Source of the DNA: Octopus bimaculoides
Taxonomy: Eukaryota
Length of the DNA stretch: 47,327 bases
Assembly (NCBI RefSeq): GCF_001194135.2
Contig: NC_068983.1
Location: 96,244,508 to 96,291,834 of the forward strand
Direction of reading: 5' to 3'
A program made the translations under genes and the position numbers. The notes under the pieces were generated by a model. The model was not told the DNA's origin, searched no databases, and was given only the letters and a program-made list of their open reading frames with translations. Positions 1 through 13,044 of the stretch are shown here, one piece after another (positions within the stretch are counted from its first letter, which is position 1; the number at the start of each line of letters is the position of its first letter).

Positions 1-41
<41 letters not shown>

Positions 42-273
42 ATGTATGTATGTATATATGTATGTATGTATGTATTTATATATATAAAAGGCATAAATTT
101 TCTGTAAAAAATATCATTCCTTATGACTTTCCGAAGCGGGATGAGAATGGTAAATAAATTGTGACTACCTTATTTTTCTTAATATATTAAATCTGTGCAC
201 CACTTCACACAATCGATACATACCTGCCTACATATATACATACATGCATACATACACACATACATACATACAT

Positions 274-312
<39 letters not shown>

Positions 313-517
313 CACTCATACACATGCACACAGACATATATACTCATCCATGCATATACATAGACATACGCGTGCACGCGCGCACACACACACACACAAT
401 GTATATATATGTATCGGTGTGGTGTATGCCTATATTATGCTAAAATGTTGACTGCGATCCTTATACAATCTGTCGATGGATCCTCTTTTCTGCGCTTATG
501 AAAGTTCCAGTGATATC

Positions 518-758
518 GATCTCAAATTTTGGCAGGAGGCCAGCACGCTCGGTGAGGGGTGAGGTGAGGGTGGGGTTGTGGCTCAATCGATTTTTCGACC
601 CCCAGTGCTTAACTGATACTTATTTTGTTTTGTCGACTCCGAAAAGAGGAATGGCAAAGTCGTCCTCGGGGGAATTTGAACTCAGAACGTAAAGGCGGAA
701 GAACTGCCGCTAAGCTTTTTTACCTGCCGTGTTAACGATTCTGCCAGCTCACCGCCTT
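518..758 (-). mobile_element. SINE family A (tRNA-headed, Deu/Nin-like core), near full length
   Basis: Reverse strand reads aaggcggtgagctggcagaatcgttaacac...gttctgagttcaaattcc...ctttgccattcctcttttcggagtcgac...aagcactgggggtcga; homologous to about 12 other copies in the window. Core assignment is from recalled SINE domain consensus. Confidence 0.9.
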
Positions 759-909
759 AGAATGTTCCAGTAATACTGGAGCCGATTCACTCAACTAGTT
801 GATAAATACTTTTAAACTCCTTCTATACATATTTAAATGCTACTTACTTTTTTCTTCGCATTAAGAACCAAATGTCCATATGAAGTTGCTGCTGCTGCTG
901 CTGCTGGTG

Positions 910-918
910 GTGATGATA

Positions 919-968
<50 letters not shown>
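910..968. repeat. (GAT)n microsatellite
   Basis: Near-perfect GAT run preceded by (GCT)n. Confidence 0.95.
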
Positions 969-1429
969 AAAACGGAGGCGGATACGAAGGAAATGTGACA
1001 TCAGTAACGACGTGATATTCTGACGTTATGGTGATTACCTACAAATATCAAAACAAAATAAAACGATCAAATATATACAGTTGCAGATATAACTCGTTAA
1101 AGCCTCGTTTTCATTTGCATGAAACGCATTCTATTTTTTTTTTTTTTAACATCTTCATAACACATGGATTTGTAAGAACCTGTCATATTTACAAAATACC
1201 TATACGGAACATGCATATGTATATTTATGTTTATATATGCGTGTGTGTGTGTGTTTGTTTGTGGTAGGTGTATCTGTTTATGTGTGTGTGGCGGGGTGCA
1301 CATGTGTGCGTAGGCGTGCGCGTTTACGTGTGTATTGGTGTGTATTTATACGTACACACACACATATATAATATATTCATTGTGTAGGTCTAATTGACTT
1401 TTGTTATTTATTCCTATTGTATATATATT

Positions 1430-1466
<37 letters not shown>

Positions 1467-1530
1467 GTACATAATTGTATCATATATATATAGTACATAT
1501 GTTTATATATGCATACATTTATGTATATAA

Positions 1531-1563
<33 letters not shown>

Positions 1564-1961
1564 GCGTTCATGAGTGTATGCATGTGTATGTATGTGTGAG
1601 TGGAGGGGGTCTGTATATGCATGTATTTATTTCTGTGCGTGCGCGAACATGTTTTCTTGTATGCGTTTGCGCTGACTGAGAGAAAAATTATTTACAGTTT
1701 TCTACCGAAGTGAAGTAGGAATCTAAGAATCAGTGTGATGACAGGGGACGCTATGTTGTTGTTCTGATAAATATGGTTTGTGTTTTGTATAACATCTATT
1801 TCCTTTATCAATTTCTCTTGTCAGATTTGTGCTTCGTATTTAAATAATAATGCATTTCCTCTATTGAGTTCGACATTAATTTGACGTATATATCAATATG
1901 TGTATCAGCATCTGTCTATCTTTATGCATACGCTCACACACACAAATACATACACATGTGT

Positions 1962-2020
<59 letters not shown>

Positions 2021-2021
2021 C

Positions 2022-2112
<91 letters not shown>

Positions 2113-2113
2113 C

Positions 2114-2146
<33 letters not shown>
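1962..2146. repeat. (CTAT)n microsatellite
   Basis: About 45 units; source of the YLSI-repeat ORFs. Confidence 0.97.
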
Positions 2147-2280
2147 ATCATGGACGGACGGTAGACACATCNNNNNNNNNNNNNNNNNNNNNNNNNNNNN
2201 NNNNNNNNNNNNNNNNNNNNNNNNNNNNNNNNNNNNNNNNNNNNNNNNNNNNNNNNNNNNNNNNNNNNNNNNNNNNNNNN

Positions 2281-2315
<35 letters not shown>

Positions 2316-4047
2316 CAAACATATGTTTATAAAGATATACGTACATATTTATAGACATACACTGTCTTGTACAAACAAACCCTCATGTATACATGAACGC
2401 ATGCACATAAAGACACACACAGACACACACAAAGTCACACATACATGTATATACACATAAATATATACATACATATATAAGTATTTCTATCAGTATTTGC
2501 AGACGCATGCTTCCTTAGAAATACAAACATTTACGTAGATATAAAAAAAAAATCGTACATAAATGAGCCCGTGTATTAATAGACAGGCAGACAGATATAC
2601 ATATAGATATCATAACGCATTCATATGTAGGTTTGTGTATATTTAGTCGTATAGTTGTGAAAATGGTTTAACTGATAAGTAAGTTTATATTTTTCATATG
2701 TAGATATTGCGACAGATATGAGAAAGAAGAGAATGGATAACTAAATAACCGATTGGAGACTTTGTAATCTGTATATTCCACAAGGATATCATCATTTTTG
2801 AAATCAGTAATTATAATAATAGTAAAATTAATTCTCTGTGTGCGCGCGTGTGTATGTAAAATAAAGGGAACGAAATTGAAACCAATCTAGGCCTGCACAG
2901 ATTATAGTTTCTATTTGCTATAGGCATAAGGCTTGTAATTTTGAGGCATGATGGAGTGGGTGGAGGTACTAGTGGAATACATCAACTTCTTGCTCGATTG
3001 AAAGATATTTTATCGATCCCGAAAGAAGCCCGAAAGGCAATGTCTAGAACTTCTAGCGTAAACAGGAAGAAATATTGAGTAACATTTTCGGGCTTGCTAA
3101 CATTCTTGCCTGCTCGATACCTGAATTCAAGAACTACATCGTAAAAAGAAATAAGTATATTCTTTTTATTTGGAACAAAACATTTTTGTGAGATTAATAT
3201 GGATAGATAAATGTGCACACGCATATTCACTTCATCAGCAGAAACCGAGGGAAGGTCGCTGTGCGAAAAGAAACTCGTTTATATTCACTTGTGACATTAA
3301 TCAAAACATGAGATTTCGTTAACATAATCACCATGTCTTAAGTTTAGAGAAAGAAAGAGCAAACCTCTAGATATAGGTTCTCTATATCAAAATGATCTAC
3401 ACTTTCGTATATAAAATTTAAATCATTGAATTATATATAAATGTTTGAAAACCTTTGGGCAATGCAGGTTAGGTAAAGTATGTAAGGTGATGTCAGTAAA
3501 TGAAAACAAAGAGAAAATAACTTGTAGCACATTACATATGTTGTTTAATGATCTTATAGCTCCACGTAATTGGAGTTGTATTTGTAAATGTTTGATAAAT
3601 GGATCGAAGACATGCAAAGACTATGAAGAAGAAGAATAAACCTAGGCAATGACTCGAGAGATAATAGGACATGTATGTATATCTTATGTACGCATGTATG
3701 TATATATATGTATGTATATATATGTATGTAAAATTTCGCACTCATCAGTGTTTGATAGAAAGTGACTGTGTTCCAAGCTGGAGGAAGGGATATCGGCTTC
3801 ACTAAATTGTTAGATCTCAATATACTTATACTTGACAGTGTTAGAAAGCACAGGCAGCAAAGATTTATGAATTGTCAGACATTTCCCGCTTCAGATCTCA
3901 GATGAAACAGAGAGCAATATTAATTAATAAATGGATGACGGAAGAACAGGTATTATGTACCCACTTGCATTAGCTTACATTTGTTTCTGCTATAAAGAAT
4001 CATGCACCCAGAGATTCTTGAGAGTCATTGTTATATGATTCATTTAT

Positions 4048-4078
<31 letters not shown>

Positions 4079-4185
4079 GCGCGCGTGCGCGCACACACAC
4101 ACTCACACACACACACACAAACACACATACGTATATATATATATATATTTATTTATTTATATATATACACATATACATATATGTA

Positions 4186-4795
4186 TTCACATCCTGTCAA
4201 ATTATACCCGACTGGACGAAGAGATCACCCTGTACTTGTCTAAGGCAAACTTTCGCTATATTCCAGCATGGACTGAAGAGTGTTCATGGAATTTGCGTAG
4301 CTAAGTATACCAGAGAGTGAAATATTGACTCTGTACAGGCGTCATATTAAATCGGTCGTTTCATTCCATTGCTGCTGTCTTCGTGGAATTTGCAATATCA
4401 AGCGCCAGGAAAAAGTCCCCGTGGTTCTTATAAGATGTGGTATTCTAGGCATAGAGAGATTCTTTATTAAAGCGCAATTGAGGCCTATTGGCCATGTGGT
4501 TCGCATGGAAAAGAGCTTACTTAAAGCTCTCGTCTGTAGTCAGCTTAGCTTTGGTGCCTAACACCAAGGCTGTCCACTTGTTTGGAAGCTTTTGCTACCA
4601 AGCTACCAAGCTACCAAGCTACCTCTGACTTTTAGGCAGCCAGGATCAACAACTTGAAGGGGAAAATATCTTAGCGTATAACTGGGTCCATTATATCCTT
4701 AAATGATGGAGACCACTACTGCAATGTCTTCAGCAGGATTTTAAAATGCCGAACAGGTCTGAATTCGCACAATGATGGAGGCCGGATCTACCTAA
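4186..4795 (+). mobile_element. RTE-clade (BovB-like) LINE 3' fragment, decayed C-terminus of ORF2
   Basis: Translates with frameshifts to ILSNYTRLDEEITLYLSKA / TLYRRHIKSVVSFHCCCLRGICNIKRQEKVP..VLIRCGILGIERFFIKAQLRPIGHVVRME / YCNVFSRILKCRTGLNSH. This resembles the RTE C-terminal pattern TLYRRH..LERFHQRCLR.IL.I.WQD..AQLRW.GHV.RM and the terminal C..C..R.GL.SH (recalled). Confidence 0.85.
4593..4623. repeat. (GCTACCAA)n 8-bp tandem repeat inside the LINE fragment
   Basis: ttgctaccaagctaccaagctaccaagctacc. Confidence 0.9.
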
Positions 4796-5995
4796 AGTTT
4801 ATATACTTCCACTACTGATTGCATTGCCTTGACTTTTTGTAAGCTACATCTGCCAACATTATGAAGTAATTCCCAGCTCCCAGAAACAGCTGTCGAGCTG
4901 TAGCACCAAACCTTTTCCCCTTAATTTTCTGTGTAAGTTTGCTCTGTTAATATATAATTATTTATATATTTATGCATGACTATTCCCCGTTTGGATATTC
5001 TCGGTCTTTGTTTCTCCCTATTTACATGTATATATTGTATATCTATTCCAAGCGGTTTTATTTGTTCATTTGCATCATTATCTCCATATCCTGGATTTTT
5101 CTTATAGTGACTCTTTACCTCGCGGACTTAGTCGTCGATAAATATTTGGGAGTGTTTGTTCAAATCATTTGAGCAGTGCTAAGATTTTTTCTATATTGAG
5201 CATTTCTAGAACTCATCTGTTAACTCTACATGCATACATACATACATACATACATACATACACACACACATACATACATACATACATACATACATACATA
5301 CATACATACATGCATACATACATACATGTATACATACATGAAAATATAGAACGGAATACTTTTTAGGGTAGCTTTAATATTCAAGGCATCAGAATGACCT
5401 ATAGTTTTATCCCTGTTTGGAAATTTGGGATTAATATAGCAATAGGAAGTTGAAATTGTTACATATTATTCACGGATAGTGTGTGTGAGGTTTAAAAGAT
5501 TTTCCTAATAGGTTAATGTTGTCTTGTTTAAATTCACCAAACATGATTTTATTTTTTGTGCATTAGATTTTGTACGAAGAATGTTGAGTGCTTGAGTTAT
5601 TTAGTTGTCGGTGTGTTTACGCATACGTGTTTGTCATGTACATCTAAGTTCATGCTTGAGAGTTTAAGTTTTTGTGTGTGTGTGTTTGTGTGTGCATGTG
5701 TGTTTGTGTGTGTGTGTTAAATAAAGAGGTAGACGTGTGGTGCACGAGAAAGAAATTTTTAAATATTTGTCTTTGAAATTTGACTCAAAATAGTTTTATG
5801 GATAGGGACTAACGACAAAGTCAAGGGTTCGAATATGTGTTGTTGAAAGCCTGCATATGAATGTGTATGTGTATATATTGATAATTCGGTAATCATATAC
5901 CTAGATACATATGTACATACATATATACATACATACGTTGGTTCGACTACCATCCGTGCAGCATCTATATTCCTCCCCATGACTGTCATCTCTTA

Positions 5996-6233
5996 TGTCC
6001 CTGCCGTAACGCTTCACTTCCACATACGCCAGTTTAATTTAATTCGTCCTTAGTCGAAAGACACCTGTTGTTAATGTCCTGTTATTTGCACTTGCATTTG
6101 TGTACCATTTCTCCGTCCTTGTTTTCGTATACATTCGCTAATTTCTTCTAAGGAATCTAGTTCTCATAGCTTAGTCTTCCTTTCGGGCTGACCAGATTGG
6201 AGCAATCTCGAGTATAACCAGCCGAAATTGCAA
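5996..6233. repeat. Unclassified interspersed repeat family E, copy 1
   Basis: Colinear with 36005-36249, sharing e.g. gtcgaaagaca.ctgttg, aaggaatcta, cagattggagcaat and ccagccgaaattgcaa. Confidence 0.85.
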
Positions 6234-6363
6234 AAATAATATATATATATACACACACATACAGTTTTCATTTGTTAGGCCATATGCCAACAGTAGATGT
6301 CGTGCAAAAAGATCGAACCTGGAAACATATGGTTGCAAATCGACATTCTTAATCGTACATCTT

Positions 6364-6564
6364 TTCTACTCTAGGCACAAGGACCGAAATTTTTGGGTCG
6401 ATGAGATCGACTCCCAGTACGCAACTGGTACTTCATATATCGTCCCCGAAATGATGAAAGGCAAATCGACCTCGGCGGAATTTGAACTCAGAACGTAAAG
6501 ACAGACGGAATACTGCTAACCATTTCGCCCGGCGTGCTTAACGTTTCAGCCATCTCGCCGCCTT
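6364..6564 (-). mobile_element. SINE A with 15-bp TSD, nested in a SINE B head fragment
   Basis: Flanked by ttaatcgtacatctt (6349-6363) and ttaatcgtatatctt (6565-6579); upstream gaacctggaaacatatggttgc resembles the reverse-strand B head. Confidence 0.9.
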
Positions 6565-7566
6565 TTAATCGTATATCTTAACCGTACATGTAGCTGTTAG
6601 AAACCACAATTATTGCTCTGAGCTAAATTTGATATTTTGCTAAGCATGAAGCAATACAAGTTCTCATGCAAGTAAAAATCTGTAAATGACATTCAACACC
6701 TCCATCACCTTCACCACCACCACAACCACAACCCCCACCGTCATCACCTTCCCCTCTACCACAATAATACATTAAACAGCATCAACATCAGCAAAATCTA
6801 TTTCCCTCTTTCACCTTAATATGATTGTTAACATATAATGGGCTTAACCTCACATTCCACCTCCCATTTAATATCTTATATGTTAAAAATTCCCCACCCG
6901 ATTTCATACACACTTCCAATGAAGGCTACTATTAATATTTATCTAGAATGATCTCCCATATCCATTTTAACTTCAAAACCCTGAAATCCTGGGAGATTTA
7001 CATGATTGAATCTAATCGGAAACATAACATAAGCTTACTGGAAAGCTATACAAACATGAATTGAGCTTGAACAATTTTCAAACTTGAACACAACTGCGTG
7101 ACATCAAAATGGTGAAATTATTGCTTTGAAGGCACATATTTCAGCATAAAATATTTATATATACTATGTCATTTTTATTGTTATAATGTGCTTTTACAAG
7201 ATGTACGTTTTACACACAAATCATCTGCTTCAACTCCTTCGTTTAATGTTTTATTTTCTTTTTACTTTTTAGTTTTCTTTCCATTTTCAGTTAGCGTGAA
7301 CAAAGAAATCCGTACTCGATGCATTTTCAAGCCATCTTTCACTAAAAGATACAGATAACTGAATGAAGTAACTGCAATTGATATGAAGATTCAATTGCTA
7401 GAGTTATTATTATTTTTTTTTCGTTAAAAGCAGCATATAAAAATGTAGAATCTGATCGGGTAGCAATTCTGGTGAGAAAGGTTTTATGTTGCGCTTAATA
7501 TATGCATTAAGGAAGCAATTCCGGGAAAGAAATGCGATGTGTTGTGCTTAATATAAGGATACATAT

Positions 7567-7755
7567 AAGGCGGCAAGCTGACAGAATCGTTACTGCGCCG
7601 GGAAGAATGCTTATGTTTCAAATCCTTTGAAGTCGACTTTGCGTTTCGTCCTCCCTGGGTCGATAAAATAAGAACCACTTGAGCACTGGGGTCAATGTAA
7701 TCGACTTATTTCCTCCTCCTGAATTGCTGACTTTCTACCAAAATTTGAAACCAAT
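7567..7755 (+). mobile_element. SINE A, internally deleted
   Basis: aaggcggcaagctgacagaatcgtt...gtcgactttgc...gggtcgataaaataag...gagcactggggtc...aaaatttgaaacc. Confidence 0.85.
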
Positions 7756-7789
7756 ATAAAGAAACTTAACGGAGCTCATATGACACTGC

Positions 7790-8340
7790 AAATTTCCCGC
7801 ACAACAAGGCAGCCAATTGACCATGTCCGAAGGGTGTGGTATGGTATATCTCAAATTCCGCTGAGGTCAACTTTTCCTTTAACTGTTTGGAAGCTGCTGG
7901 AAAAACTTCCAGCTGAACTGGCGAAACTGTTAGAGTATCGTACGGATGCATTGCGGGACCACTTGTGTCTGTTTACGCTTTGTTGGCAAAGTTTGCGACG
8001 GCACTGTCGCCAAGCTGTGATTGAATTTGTCATTTTACTTGGGTATCATCAGTGGTTAAAAGATGGGAAATTCACATGCATGGGGAAATGCTAATCTTAA
8101 CACATGCTAAAAGGCCTGGACCTGTGCCTCTGAGAGATACATTCCAGGTGCAGAAACATGCAGTCAATCATGGCCGAAGGGTGCTTTAGACAGCGTAAGG
8201 CTGTGGGCTCTTCTTTTGTAGACGATAGGTGAGGTTGCTGCAGTTCATGCTGAACGATCTATACAGATGATGTGTTTATAATGATGAAATGTTTGTGCTC
8301 CCTCCATTAAATCGACATTACCTGTACAGGTGCACGGTGT
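7790..8340 (+). mobile_element. Possible highly decayed LINE reverse-transcriptase fragment
   Basis: VWKLLEKLPAEL (about 7885) resembles the RT LWK.L.KLG.P motif; about 370 bp downstream, atc tat aca gat gat gtg encodes IYTDDV, a YADD-like motif. Frames are broken. Confidence 0.4.
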
Positions 8341-8366
8341 GCCACACATCAGATGTGGACTTGATT

Positions 8367-8606
8367 CTTTTCTATTTTCCTTCTATGTTTCAGTCATTAA
8401 ACTGCAGCCATGCTGAGGCAACGCAGTAAAGAGAGGCAACGCAGTAAAGAACTTTTAGACGAATGATTTTGACTCCAGTACTTATTTATTTTCAAGCCTG
8501 ATACTTATTCTATCGAATCCTTTCGAAGAACCGCTAGATACAGGGGACGTAAACAAACTAACACTAGTTGTCAAGCAGTGGTGGGGGACAAACACAGATA
8601 GACACA

Positions 8607-8674
<68 letters not shown>

Positions 8675-9105
8675 NNNNNNNNNNNNNNNNNNNNNNNNNN
8701 NNNNNNNNNNNNNNNNNNNNNNNNNNNNNNNNNNNNNNNNNNNNNNNNNNNNNNNNNNNNNNNNNNNNNNNNNNNNNNNNNNNNNNNNNNNNNNNNNNNN
8801 NNNNNNNNNNNNNNNNNNNNNNNNNNNNNNNNNNNNNNNNNNNNNNNNNNNNNNNNNNNNNNNNNNNNNNNNNNNNNNNNNNNNNNNNNNNNNNNNNNNN
8901 NNNNNNNNNNNNNNNNNNNNNNNNNNNNNNNNNNNNNNNNNNNNNNNNNNNNNNNNNNNNNNNNNNNNNNNNNNNNNNNNNNNNNNNNNNNNNNNNNNNN
9001 NNNNNNNNNNNNNNNNNNNNNNNNNNNNNNNNNNNNNNNNNNNNNNNNNNNNNNNNNNNNNNNNNNNNNNNNNNNNNNNNNNNNNNNNNNNNNNNNNNNN
9101 NNNNN

Positions 9106-9146
<41 letters not shown>

Positions 9147-9309
9147 GACGGGCTTCTTTCAGTTTCCGTCTACCAAATCCACTCACAAGGCTTTGGTTGG
9201 CCCGAGGCTATAATAGAAGAGACTTGCCCATAGTGCCGCGCAGTGGGACTGAACCCAGAACCATGTGGTTGGTAAGCGAGCTACTTACCACACAGCCGCT
9301 CCTGCACCT
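8367..9309 (-). mobile_element. SINE B (CORE-like), full structure with internal (TA)n...(TG)n microsatellite spanning an N gap
   Basis: tRNA-like head and CORE-like segment at 9144-9309 (reverse strand: ggcaagtctcttctattatagcc...gacggaaactgaaagaagcccgtcg), then microsatellite and gap, then 3' module at 8367-8610 homologous to 44085-44262 and 25963-26055. Confidence 0.8.
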
Positions 9310-9310
9310 A

Positions 9311-9364
9311 CGGAACCATGTGGTTAGGAGATAAGCTTCTTACCACACAGCCACACCTGCACCT
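9311..9364 (-). mobile_element. Duplicated SINE B 5' head
   Basis: ggaaccatgtggtt...cttaccacacagcc.c.cctgcacct repeats 9258-9309. Confidence 0.85.
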
Positions 9365-9484
9365 GATTGCTAAGGAACGTGAAATGAACTGTTTTCCTCA
9401 AGAACACAACACATCGCTCGGTCCGAGATTCGAAACCACGATGTTGCGATCGTGAGCGCAACACCTAACAATCAGGTCACGCAC
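9365..9484 (-). mobile_element. SINE C 5' part
   Basis: ctcaagaacacaacac..cg..ggtcc.ggattcgaaaccacgat.ttgcgatcgtgag; homologous to 37270-37361. Confidence 0.85.
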
Positions 9485-10239
9485 TTATAGTTAATGTAAG
9501 CTAGCGTGAGGATAATGGGTTAAATGTGTATAGTTAGAGGCAGTATCTAGTCACTAAGTTATGATAAACGTGAACCACTGTAGGAGAGTATGAAGGTGCA
9601 TAGGCATACGGCGATCATTCGTGAGTATTTATAGATGTAAGTGGACTTGAGATTTGAACGTTTGTTTGTTTGTTTTTTCGACACGGTGTATAATTTGTGA
9701 GTGTTCTTGTGTGAGTGCTTGACGTTAACTACGCTGTACGACTTGTATTTTAAGGGAGATGACATTTGCGATTTGTAAGTAATTTTTGTTTTGTCAAATT
9801 GTATTCTCTCTAGTTCTTCCACTTATAATAGTTTTATCTCTGTAATTCCAACATCTGTAGTATACTGAACAGCTTTAAATGCTTGTCCAAATTCTTTTTC
9901 TTCTTTTTCTTATATATATATATATAGCTTCCATACATATTTTTCAACGTACTCGTTTACGCATTACAAACAGATATGGTGTTTTACTCTTCAAGTGAGT
10001 GCTTTCCTATTTTTACCCATTTGCGAACACAGTATAGTAGTGAAATAATGAAATCATAAAATATGTATAGCTTTTATTGCATTCACTGTCTTCAGCTGTC
10101 TTCAACTCATTCCAGCTTTATTTCAAAGTTATCGTCTCCCGTCTTTTACATTCCTTTGACACCTTATACATCATTTCTAAGACTTTTATCATCTATTTCT
10201 TGAATTCCTACATAGCGACGCTAGTATTTCCAAGTTATA

Positions 10240-10241
10240 AG

Positions 10242-10277
<36 letters not shown>

Positions 10278-10342
10278 ATTATTATTGCTAGTAGTAGTAG
10301 TGGTTGTAGTATTAGTAGTAGTAATATTTGTTATTATAGTTA

Positions 10343-10404
<62 letters not shown>
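10240..10404. repeat. Compound (ATT)n/(AGT)n microsatellite
   Basis: Direct reading. Confidence 0.95.
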
Positions 10405-10761
10405 TCCTTTGACGACATTTATCATCTATGTTAGAAATATCTTGTTCTTTCAAGAATTACCAAAGGGAATTTGAAAGTTTAGTTCTTGTCACTGGTGGAA
10501 TCAACATACGCCGTCCCGTTATTTTATATTCTAACGTATGCTAAATCTTTCGTTACCAAAACAACACCAGTGATAAATCGCTTTAATGCTTCTAGAATCG
10601 GCGACAAATGGCGTGCTTTAGTCGAAGACCGTCAAAGACATATAAATTTACATTGAAATAAATTGGAAGAAAGAAAAGAATAAGAAAATCGACGACAAGA
10701 AAAAGAACAAGAAACACGCACACACCCGGATAGACATAAACGCACATACATACACCACGCA

Positions 10762-10843
<82 letters not shown>

Positions 10844-12664
10844 CACACACACAAACGTTCACTAATTCACACACACACTCTATCTTTCTTTCTAATGCGC
10901 GCGGGCAAAACAAGCAGCAACAACAATAAAAACCTAGAAATACAAAAAGAAAAAAATTGTGAAAAAGATAACAAAGAACAAGATGTGGCTGCAGGGCATC
11001 GGGAATTATGTTAGTTGGTGTAGGAAGAAACAGGAGAAAGAAAGAGAGAGATTATAAACAGGAAATAGTTAGAAATAAATCCATATTTAGTGTTTGTGTC
11101 AAACAAAATCAATGACGCCATTTTAGCCTGTATATATAGCGCTCGAAAATTACATATTTATTGTATAGTGCTTCTCAAAACATTGCTATTTTAACAGGAA
11201 AAGCTAGGTGTTTTCACAAAGTATGATTCGCTGTCTACACATTACCTCAGTATTAGTGTATGAGCACAACTGTAAGAGGTTTCTTGGAGATATTTGTCAT
11301 TCCATATTCGAAATAACATTTTTTTTCCATCTCACTGGAACACGTTTTTATATTATCAGATACAAATTCACTTAATGAAAGTATATCCTGACTTATTTGT
11401 TCAGATTTCCAGTTATTCTGGCTGTCCAAAGTCTGCAACAAAAGCATTAACCAAGCTTTAAAAAAATCTTTCCTCTTTTACACCAATATCTGTAGAACAT
11501 GAATCCTATCCAATATCAGTCAGACATGGATCCTATTCACTGCATTCCACTAGAATACACACAGCGAAAATCTTATTCCCCCATATCATTTATATCTCTA
11601 ATCCATCTTAGCTGTCCATTTTACTTTCTATATTCCAACGTGTTTTTAATGAATAGTATCTGCAACTATGAGGGGGTCCACTCTTTGTAACACTCATTCA
11701 TTTCACCAGATTTCCAGTTATTCTGGTTGTCCAAAGTCTATCTTGAAGTTTTTAAAATTCGCTTGCTTCCTTTATCACATACTGTATTCTTCCAGTTACC
11801 GGAAATCTCCCAATATGCATTGAGTACTTCAATTTCACCTCGTTTCTCATAGATCTTAATTATTAGTGGTTTCAATGCATACTACTCCTCGGAAACTAGA
11901 ATATTGATAAACTATTTATACTTTATAAAACTCTTTCTGTGTGTATCTTAATTCAGAATTGTTACTTCATGAAACATCATTAAAGAAAATTGAACAAAAT
12001 CTAGGATTATCCAGAAGAATAGGGTTAAAGCATTTATTGCTCAAATAAATTCGCTAAATATTAAAAGAACACTTGTGTACAGACAGACAGACGGTTGCAA
12101 GCAATTTCATATGTAATGCCATTTAGAAGCTGCCAATTTTTGCAAGGTAAAAAAAGAAAGAAAAAATAGAAAGAAAGTAAATAAAACTTGTTTGAGAATT
12201 TGGCTTCTAGATATGATAAGATTAATAGATTTTGACAACATGATTGACTGGTAATATACTCTTACTAACTCTGTGCTAGTCTCTTCACTTTGTTACTTTT
12301 ACACAGCTCACGGGATAGACACATTTAAATATTCATTAACCAACCTTATTTCCATTTCCCTGCCAACCACGCTATACTATAATATATTAGCTCCTTAGTC
12401 ACCGTCACCTCAGATTATCCAGATATGTGTGCATTATCAATTGTCTGCAATACATTGTTGTTCGCATGCATTTATTCTAACCTTCCATGTTCATGCTGCT
12501 TCTCATCACTGTTTTTGGTTGATCATTGGATCTTTAAGCTGATATTTGCTATGCCACCGTCATTATCAGTCCGAAAATAGATTTGCAACTTAATAGAAAA
12601 TTGTTACATGACATCATTCATAATCTTTAATATGTATACCTATTTATTATAATTAACCTAGGTC

Positions 12665-12790
12665 GTCGTTGGATAGCTTAGTCGGTAGAGTGCTTGTGGT
12701 ATATCTACATTCTGAGTTGGAACATCTTTGATGAAGCTTGCTTTCACTCTCCAGAGCCGATTAAAAAAAAGTAACAGTCATATACTGAAA
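12665..12790 (+). mobile_element. Old tRNA-derived SINE or tRNA pseudogene remnant
   Basis: tagcttagtcggtagagtgc is a good Pol III A-box and D-arm; the B-box region (gagttggaac) is degenerate and no cloverleaf can be completed. Confidence 0.45.
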
Positions 12791-12874
12791 CGAATTTAAT
12801 CTTTCACGGAAACAGATACACACGCACACACGGACACACGGACACACATATACATACAGGGTGCGATGGGTGAA

Positions 12875-13044
12875 TGGTTGCTGGTGTGTCGACGCCCCCA
12901 GGCAAAGAAGTAGGATCTCCCAAGACATATAAATAGAGGTAGTCTGGCCGTGGTAAGTGTTGAGTAGCAGTCGAGCAGCAGTTGTGTAGCGGTTGAGTAG
13001 AGATCATCCGAAGGTGCTAGATAGCAGTAGCTTGAGACATAACA
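12875..13044 (+). mobile_element. LTR-like 3' fragment
   Basis: TATAAATA at about 12928 followed by a GC-richer stretch ending gacataaca (TGT...ACA-type LTR end) exactly where mariner homology begins. Confidence 0.4.

Noticed and set aside
2982-3230. 82-aa minus-strand ORF (also the 15953-16369 and 41002-41226 ORFs)
   Set aside because: No recognisable motif; 16325-16400 overlaps a decayed SINE A.
3725-3755. Minus-strand CTGATGA-GTGC-GAAA
   Set aside because: Helix II would be 1 bp and no helix I partner exists; likely chance.
10489-10573. 9-bp inverted repeats (also agaagaccc/gggtcttct at 23246-23351)
   Set aside because: Short, no TSD and no second copy; compatible with chance.
12660-12740. 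Functional tRNA gene
   Set aside because: A-box only; no acceptor stem or intact T-arm. All other tRNA-like heads are SINEs.
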